From positions 19,344,001 to 19,408,000 of the forward strand of contig CM120640.1 of the NCBI GenBank assembly GCA_051362555.1: DNA of 64,000 nt, given 5' to 3'. The notes below the pieces were generated by a model. That model worked only from the letters and a program-made list of their open reading frames with translations, ran no database searches and was not told the DNA's origin. The position numbers were made by a program, and so were the translations under genes. Of the stretch, positions 52,635 to 62,630 are shown one piece after another. How positions within the stretch are numbered: the stretch's first letter is position 1; each line of letters begins with the position of its first letter. This stretch comes from Lingula anatina (Eukaryota > Animalia > Brachiopoda).

Positions 52635-55600
52635 TTCATTCAGCTAATATATATTTTATATACAAAATATATATATATCAGAAATTTAATACCAATTTTC
52701 AATGCTGTAAGGGAATTAAGATATTTACTTTGGCAAAACAATAGAAAATATCTAACTTCACAAAAAGACAATTAGAAATTGCTTGTGTTTTAAATGATTT
52801 TTGTAATCTCAGGTCTCTACAAGATGAGTTTTATGCATATGAAGAGAAAATGAAGAATGACATGGAGGCTTGTTTAGGGTAAGTGTGCATTACTCACAGT
52901 ATACTATTGAGTAGGCAGTGCTCCCTTATGATATAATTTCTCCATTCCCATTATTTTTATGTACAGACACAGATGTGTCTGTACATATTGCCATCACCTG
53001 CGTCTGTCGTCGCCGATGCCGGCGCCGTGCACTTTCCTTGTTAACACGATAAGTGGAGGACAGTTTTACTTTTTGGCTTTATATTTACAGAGCTGATGAA
53101 TATTCATAAAACGCAGGTCAAGTTTGAAAATCAGCATGATCAGGCCATTATTGTAGAAGTTATGCTGTTTTTTCATTTTTCAGCATATATGCAACCCTAT
53201 AAACACATATTAAGGAAAACCGATAGGCCTGTTGTCATGAAACTCACAGGAGTAATCAATCTTACTAAAACGCAGGTCAAGTTCGAAAATCGGCATGATC
53301 GGGCCACTATTTTAGTAGTTATGCTGTTTTTTCACTTTTTAGCATATATGAAACACTGTAAACACAATATAAGAACAAGGCAGCAAAGCTGTCAAATGTA
53401 CAGACAAAAAGAAGGAAAAAACAAAATAGGGTACAGTCAATTCTGATGCAAAAGTACATTATGTTAAACTGCAAATTCAACATCAAATTTTAATTATGCT
53501 CAACAGGTAATTCCAATGTAAGTAAAATGTGTAACAAGCATAAGGCTTCAGCCCCTTAGGAGTTCAAGTTCACACTCTGAAAATGTATAACTTCCAGAAA
53601 AAGAAGTCAATTAGACTGCTTTTCCAACTCAGGCTGCATTTTAGTCCTGTATTTCTTTTTTGAAAGTTTGGCAATCATAAGTAACATGGTTTTCCCATAA
53701 TGGTTTTCATGGCAGCAGCACCCAAAATTGTGTGTTCTTCTATTCTGATGCAATATTACATAATGGTTAACAGCATAATGACAATCAATTTTTAATAATA
53801 AAATAAAGGTATCATGGATTTTCAGAAAATGTGACTAGCATGGGTCTTCAAGCCTGTGGAACTTCAAAGTCACACCTTGAAAATGCCAATATGTGAAAAT
53901 TAAACTTTCACAAAAAAACTGTTTAACCGGCAGAAAGAATTACCAAACAGATTGCATTGCCTACTGAAGCTGTATTTTTAAAAGTCCCATGTTTCTTTCT
54001 GTAATTTTGAGAACAGTAAATGACATGGTTTTCCTTAAATGGTCATCATGGGAACAGTGCCCAAAATAGGTTTATTTTCAAATTTTGATGCAATATTACA
54101 TAATGTTTAACAGCATAATGATCATCAATTTTTAATAATATCATGTATATTCAGAAAATGTGACTAGCAAAGGTCTTCATGCCCATGGAACTTCAAAGTG
54201 ACACCTTGAATATGCCAAAATGTAAACTAGACAGCACTGTGCTGAAATGGGTTTATTTCCATTTTTAACACTTTTTTAATATAAGATGAAATAAACAGTT
54301 TACTGCCATTTTTATATGATCAACTAAGAAAATTGATGAGATGGGACAAATATCAATAGAACTGTGTCAAATGTCCAATTTCCTCCATTCTGACATTCTG
54401 AACATAGTAAATGATTGAATCTGACTGATATGAGTTTATTTCCATTTTTGACACTTTATTACACGATACACGATAACAAGTTTACCATAATTTCTACATA
54501 ATCAACTAACAACATTGTAAACATGCAGGAAATGTCAAACAAACACTTTTATGAGTCTTATTTATTAAATAATAAGACTGTTAACATGCCTAAGAATTGA
54601 ATTTGAGGAAATGTGAAAAAACAGCATGACTTCTAAAACAATGGCCCGATTATACTAATTTTCAAACTCAACCTGCATTTTAGTAAGATTGACCACTCCT
54701 GTGAGTTTAATGACAATTGGCCTATCTGTTTTTCTTATATTGTGTTTACAGTGTTGCATATATGCTAAAAAAAGAAAAAACAGCATAACTACTAAAATAG
54801 TGGCCCGATCATGCCGATTTTCGAACTTGACCTGCGTTTTAGTAAGATTGATTACTTCTGTGAGTTTCATGACAACAGGCCTATCGGTTTTCCTTAAAAT
54901 GTGTTAAGAGGGTTGCATATATGCTGAAAAGTGAAAAAACAGCAAAAATTCTACAATAATGGCCCGATCATGCTGATTTTCGAACTTGACCTGCGTTTTA
55001 TGAATATTCATCAGCTCTGTAAATATAAAGCCAAAAAGTAAAACTGCCCTCCACTTATCGTGTTAACAAGGAAAGTGCACGGCGCCGGCATCGGCATCGG
55101 CGACGACGGCGACGACAGACGCAGGTGATGGCAATATGTACAGACACATCTGTGTCTGTACATAAAAACAGATAGACCAATTGTCATTAAACTCACAGGA
55201 GTGGTCAATCTTACTAAAATGCAGGTTGAGTTTGAAAATGAGTATAATCGGGCCATTGTTTTAGAAGTCATGCTGTTTTTTCACATTTCCTCAAATTCAA
55301 TTTTTAGGCATGTTAACAGTCTTATTATTTAATTAATAAGACACATAAAAGTGTTTGTTTGACATTTCCTGCATCTTTACAACATTGTTAGTTGATTATG
55401 TAGAAATGATGGTAAACTTGTTATCGTGTATTGTGTAATAAAGTGTCAAAAATGGAAAAAAACTCATATCAGTCAGATTCAATCATTTACTATGTTCAGA
55501 ATGTCAGAATGGAGGAAATTGGACATTTGACACAGTTCTATTGATATTTGTCCCATCTCATCAATTTTCTTAGTTGATCATATAAAAATGGCAGTAAACT

Positions 55601-58600
55601 GTTTATTTCATCTTATATTAAAAAGTGTTAAAAATGGAAATAAACCCATTTCAGAACAGTGCTGTCTAGTTTACATTTTGGCATATTCAAGGTGTCACTT
55701 TGAAGTTCCATGGGCATGAAGACCTTTGCTAGTCACATTTTCTGAAAATCCATGATACCTTTATTTTATTATTAAAAATTGATTGTCATTATGCTGTTAA
55801 CCATTATGTAATATTGCATCAGAATAGAAGAACACACAATTTTGGGTGCTGCTGCCATGAAAACCATTATGGGAAAACCATGTTACTTATGATTGCCAAA
55901 CTTTCAAAAAAGAAATACAGGACTAAAATGCAGCCTGAGTTGGAAAAGCAGTCTAATTGACTTCTTTTTCTGGAAGTTATACATTTTCAAAGTGTGAACT
56001 TGAACTCCTATGGGGCTGAAGCCTTATGCTTGTAACACATTTTACTTACATTGGAATTACCTGTTGAGCATAATTAAAATTTGATGTTGAATTTGCAGTT
56101 TAACATACGTATATAACAATAACCCAGCGGGCAAATCAACATTGAATCAATGTTGAATCAACGTTGATGGTCAACGTTGAAACTATGTTGATATGACGTT
56201 GACTATGAAAGTTGACTCAACTTTGAACCATCAAGGTTGAATCAACCTTGAGGTATCAATGTTGAATCAACGTTGACAGTCAATGTTGAAACTATGTTGA
56301 TATGACGTTGACTATGAAAGTTGAATCAACGTTGAACCATCAAGGTTGAATCAACCTTGAGGTATCAAAGTTGAATCAAAGTTGATGGTCAACATTGAAA
56401 CTTTGTTGATATGACGTTGACTATGAAAGTTGAATCAACGTTGAACCATCAAGGTTGAATCAACCTTGAACCATCAAGGTTGAAACAACCGTGAGGTATC
56501 AATGTTGAATCAACCTTGAACCATCAAGGTTGAAACAACCGTGAGGTATCAATGTTGAATCAACATTGATACCTCAATGTTGAATCAATGTTGAAATAAA
56601 GTTGAATTTGAAAATTGAATTAACGTTGATATATCAATTAGGCTATCAGGATATTTGATTGAAATTTGGTTGATGGCTGAAGGTGTTCTCCAAGATATCA
56701 AGCATTTCTTGAAATAAAAAGACTCAGATCTGAAAAGGGGGGGGGGAAATTAGGAAAATTACCTACAAAAAAGGTAATTTCGGAAGAAAAGGGGGGGGGG
56801 TCCAGACCCCGGGACCGGCCCCTGTATCCACCTATGGGTCGTCAGATTCTTTTCAAACTTTCCAGTTTGATGCTCAGTGTCACGGACCAAAACAGCCCGA
56901 ACATAAAAAAACACAAACAACAACTAACTTAACTATGAATATAATATATTACAAACAATGGACATACACTACATAAACTAACTACATGTAATACTATCAT
57001 GTTGCATAAACTTTAACATTTGTCAAATACAGTTAAATTCTAACAGATTCGTAGACAGTTAAGTTTTGAAGACGCAATGTCACAGTTTTACGAGTCCTTT
57101 TCTGTTAAACGTTCCTCCTGATAGTGTGGGGTTTTGAAGACGCAATGACACCGTTTTCCATGTCCTTATCTGTTGAACGATCCTCCTGATAGTGCTGGGT
57201 TTTGAAGACGCAATGTCACCGTTTTCCATGTCCTTATCTGTTGAACGATCCTCCTGATAGTGTGGCCTCACAAAGTACTGTTAATAAAGTACAGTTTTTG
57301 TACTGTAAAAGTGTTACACACTGTCCACACTCACGTGTTGCATCAGTTCATGTTATCCGGAGTCTCGCACTTAATAACAGTCCCGCACTTCATTTACATT
57401 ATACAAGTATGCTGGCACATACGGTAATTACTCATAAAAATTAAACAACAAATTAGCTTTACTAAAATAATTATAACGTCACATCAGGTAGTTAAGATAA
57501 TTTTAAGAATACAAAAACAAAGGGTCACCAGTCTAGTTTTTTTCTCAAAGCTAACTTAAATTTCCAGAAAAACAGGCATTTTTCGCTTTTTCAAGCTTTT
57601 TCTTCAACTTTTAGTAAAATTTTGTCAATTTGCCATAAAGTAAGGCTGGTGACCCTGTTTTTTTCTTTTTCTTAAAGATATATCCCGTGGAAAGTTTTTT
57701 AAAAAACTGACGATCGCTTTTTTCACAAAATTAATTTTAATGAAAAAGGGGTAAAACAAGCATTTTATGAGGGGTAATTACCCCTATGCATACCGCTCTA
57801 GTGAGATAATCATTTAAAACTATTATCAAGGTTATGATTAAAGGGATAATAACTCTTCATAAGAGATCTATATTTCATAGTAAAGACATTGTGAATAACT
57901 CATAGAAATATATTCTGTTTTACCACAAAAACGGCAGTTATAGCTATTATTCTGATATCTGAGCTTGTCTTTAGACAACGTGACCTCCATTGATGACTAT
58001 ACTCTGTTAAAATCACTTAAGAGATTTTAACAAAAAACTAAACTTTTTAGAAAAAAAACAGGGACTAACTTTGAATGTAAAAATGGATTCATTAACCATT
58101 GGTAAGTATGAGAAAATTGTTGTTTACTCCAGGAAAATTCATTTTTTGGCCGAAACGAAGAGTTATTATCACTTTAAGGTTATAAAGTTAAGGTTGGCCC
58201 ACTGTTGAGATCCAGTTGATATGTCAACATTGACAAAGGGTTTACAAACACAGGTTGATTCAATGTTGAAATCCTGTTGATCTATCAACATTGAAAACTG
58301 ATTGACAAAGAAAGGTAAAATCAATGTTGAGACCCTGTTGATCTATCAACATTGACAATTGGTTGACAAGAAAAGGTTGATTCAATGTTGAAATCCTGTT
58401 GATCTATCAACATTGAAAATTGATTGACAAAGAAAGGTTAAATCAATGTTGAGACCCTGTTGATCTATCAACATTGACAATTGGTTGACAAGAAAAGGTT
58501 GATTCAATGTTGAGATCTTGTTGATCTATCAATATTGATGGATCAACATCATCTCAACCTATCCTCAATGTTGAATCAACGTTGAGTGCCCGCTGGGAAT

Positions 58601-61600
58601 ATAAGATTCATGAGATATATTCATCTTTTTGTTAAAAATGCATTTATATCCACAATGTGTGCCATTCTGGGCTGTTCGTTATCTGACGCACTGTACAAAA
58701 TCTTGCAATCTTACGTCTGCGGACTGCACTAGCATTTGGCACCAAATGTTATTTTGGTCTCGAATGAACGCGAGAATCCGCGTGACACCCAAACGTCATT
58801 GGCAACGAATGCCTTGACGACTGGGAAGAAAGGCATCGAAAGCCCTACTGACAAGCACAGATTTTAGTTTTAATACAATAACGGCCGTTTTAGTGGTAAA
58901 ATGCAATAGAATATATTTCCATACATTGTTTGCAATGTATTTCTTGCGGATTTTTGAATCTCAAAGGAAGAGTTATTATTGCTTTAATTTAATGAGATAA
59001 CATGAAACACACATGCTGAGATTTCCCTGTAAACTCCCATCAATTTAGCTCTCTGCCAGATACAGTTTGTGCAATTCTAAATTAACAGTGTCACATAATA
59101 AGGAATTGGTGATAATTATGCAGGTAAATGTTGTTTAATATTGCAAATAAATTTACGAAAGAAGAAAATTTATATAATGCCAACATTAATGCTATACATG
59201 AATAGCAGTGCCTTATTATCCTCAAACTCAGTGGGGTTATTCATATCATGTTAATACAGCTGGATTTTCAAAATGTGACTTTTAACTCCCATCTACATGT
59301 ACCTGAAGTTCTGTACATTTTCTGTATTTTTTATTCTTACGGACATGCTCTGAATGCATCAAATGGGATATGCTAACATATCATCTTAATGATTTCAGAG
59401 CAAATAAAGCTAGTTTATGAAACAAAAAAATTATATAGCTTATATTTATTAATAAGAAAAGAAAAAATATGCACCAACAAGGCATTTAATTTTTACTACC
59501 AAACTTAACTCATCAGTCATACCTATCATTTTCACTTCTGCATATTCTGAGTATTTCATCATTTTAAGCTGAAAAAAAAAATAGTTTTTATATAACAGAT
59601 TTCTTTTTCTTGTACTTCATACATTACAAAATGTCCTTCTGTATTTTCTCATTGGGGATAAAATAGTTAAATTTTTTTATCACCAAACTTTGGCATGAAT
59701 TGATTATAAATAGGTTTATGAAATGTAATTCAGCCATAAAATCACTGCTATAGAAAATAAAATACACCAGAAAACCAAACCACAGGTTGTTCAGTTTCTG
59801 GGCATTTTAAAGCATGTCATTTTCCAAGTATTGGAATACTTTCGCTTTCCCACCAAGTTTAGTCCCATTCGGTAGAGTTACGACCAGATCCCCATCCTGG
59901 TTGATGGTACATCCCCATGGTTCATATAGTCCATCAGTTTTGGTTGCTATATACTGGATGAACTTCCCATCTGGGGATACGAGGTGTATGCAGTAGTTAT
60001 CATGATCTGTAACCAGTATGTTGTCATATTCGTCAACACAAACACCAAAGGGTCGACCTAACTGATTATCAGGTCCTGTGTACTGATAAAGTTGGTCACC
60101 AGATGGGGTTAGGATGTGAAGTTTGTTTGGTGATGTATCACTGACAACAAGGCACCCATTGCTCATAAATGCCATTTCACATGGCGCATTGAACAACTGT
60201 TTCCCATCTTTGTCCTTTATCACATCAGTTAAAGTTATTTTCCCTTTAATATCAATACTGAACACACTCACAGACTTTACTCTACCCTGTGCCACAGCAA
60301 TCTTAGTGCAGTTGTTATTGAGAGCCACACCCCATGGGTTGTTGATATCTACAGTTTGCTGTACTTTCCACTGTGGTGACACTATGAACACTTTGTTATT
60401 GTCTTTATCAGATAGAACCATCCTTCCATCAGGGAAGTGACAGATCTCTATTGGACTTTTCAGCTGCGTGTCTGAGACACTGTTGATCTTCTTCTTAAAT
60501 GTACCATCTGAACTAAAAAGCTTGACCTCATTATCTATGAGATGTGTAGTAACATACTCCCTGTTTGGACTTGCTGAAATGTCCATTGGTGTAATGCCAG
60601 TGTCAAACTCCAGCTTAGATTCAGCCTTTGGTTTGATCTTGGGCAAAGCTGGTTGTCTAGATACCTGCACATTCCCCAGACCAGCCCCACTGGATATCTC
60701 TTGGTCCACTTCTGTGTTGGTGGAAAATGTGAGATTTACTTCATCAGGCATTTCTTCCACAGCTGAAGTGGACTGTAGCTCATCTAGTCTCTGTCCAAGT
60801 TGGTGTTGTAACATGAGGGCATCTATGGGGGCACCATGCTGAAGGATGTTTTTTACTACATCTGTTGTGGTCTTGATGGAGGAGCAAATGGCACTGCAGT
60901 TCTTGTGGGAAATTTGCAAATTATTTCTGTGAGTGCTCATGGTTTGATGAAGCTCCTGTAGTAATCTCTTCTCTCGTTGCTCTATCAGTTGACGTAGGTG
61001 AGCTGCACGAGCTTTTATCTGCTGCTGAACACAGCTTTCATTTTCTTGTAGTTTTGCCAAAGTTTTATCTATTTTAGCTAACTTTCTTTCACCAGTTGCA
61101 AGTTTTCTCTGTATGCCAAGAGATTTGGTCTGAAGTTTTGGTTTTACAATTTCTGCAGCTTTTTCAAGGGAGATAAGTTTGTGGCCATCATGGTGTAGAT
61201 CTCTGCAGTCACGACAAATGGGGACATTGCAGTCTGAACAAAAGTATCTTATCCTCTCATCTTTGTGCTCTGGGCAGAAAATCTTTTGCTGCTCTTGGAT
61301 CTCTTTTTGGTACTCTTTGCTCTGCATCTGTTGGAAAGTGAACACTTTATGGTCTTTTGTGAACTTGGTACCACAGTGTAATGGGGAACACTTCTCACAT
61401 AGGTAGTCATGGCAGGTGATACATTTTGAAGTAGCTACTGTTTTAGTGTTAAAAGACAAGGCACAAAAGCTACATTTTTGCTTATGTGGTGACTGAAGTA
61501 CAGTATCCTGCAAGCTTTCAATGAAGAAATTATGAGAGAAGCCCTCAAGTCCATCTTTAGGAACTTCAGTTTCTTTCTGACATGCATGACATTGGAATTT

Positions 61601-62559
61601 ACTTCCTGGTGTTAAGTCAGGAATATAGTCCTTCAGACAACCCTTACAAAATGTATGCCTACATGGTAAATCTGTCGGATCTTTGTACTCCTCAAGGCAT
61701 AATGGACAGGTGACAAAATGTTCAGCTATTTTGACCTGTAGGCTTTCTTTGACATCTCTGCTTACATGAGCTGTAGCCATCTTGGGGGCGTGGAGTGAAC
61801 TGTTCTACTGGTATGAAGAGCAGTTATCTTGTCTTATCAATAAACCAGTTGCAGGGAATGAACAATGAATCTATGTGTTGGACAGATTTATAATTGTTGT
61901 CTTATCAGTGACCCAGTTGGCATACTTTTAAGGCCACAACAGTATGTTTTATATTTCACTGTGTTTTATGATTCAAGCATATAATTAGGGTTTTGTGGGT
62001 TTTTAATTACCTAATATTTTTTCAGTACTTAATATATTTAGAGGGAGAGTTAGAGTGTTATCAAATAAATACAACTCGTGATATGATAAAAATAAGCCTT
62101 TTTAGGACAAAAGATATTTTTTTATGATATTTCTGTATTTATATAATGAACAGGTTAAGGGCACTGTTTAAGAAGAGTGTGTTTGTATGTATGTGCTTGT
62201 GTGATTTGTACACGATTTACGTCACATGCAGGAGAATAAGTATTATTTGTTATTATCTTTCTCTCTTAAGGTAAAAGTTAAATATATGTTTACGTTATGT
62301 CTAGGCAGGTTTACAAGTCTTGGTTGTCCAATAATTTTCATGTTCAGACAATGTTTCTTCACATTTTTAGCCACAACATTTGTCTGTGGTCACTGCCGCT
62401 CACTTTTCACTGCGAATGGAATAAATGAAAATGAAACTTAGAGGCTTTATATTCTCGAACCAGTCGCATTGATTCATAGCACAGATTAAGTACAAATTGT
62501 ATTTGAACATTTTTCTGGAAGTTATTTATTTATATGTATATATAAAATAAGACCATATA

Positions 62560-62630
<71 letters not shown>

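Larger units (their letters stand above)
56123..58597. mobile_element. CMC/EnSpm (CACTA)-like non-autonomous DNA transposon
   Basis: TIRs CCCAGCGGGCA...TGCCCGCTGGG with a 2-bp AA TSD. Subterminal arrays of TCAACGTTGA-type palindromes: 109-bp period on the left, 61/122-bp period on the right. Confidence 0.85.

Noticed and set aside
56140-56630. CRISPR-like look of the palindromic arrays (also 58200-58580 and 34287-36160)
   Set aside because: Eukaryotic locus with no cas genes. The spacers are themselves repeated, and the arrays are subterminal to TIRs.
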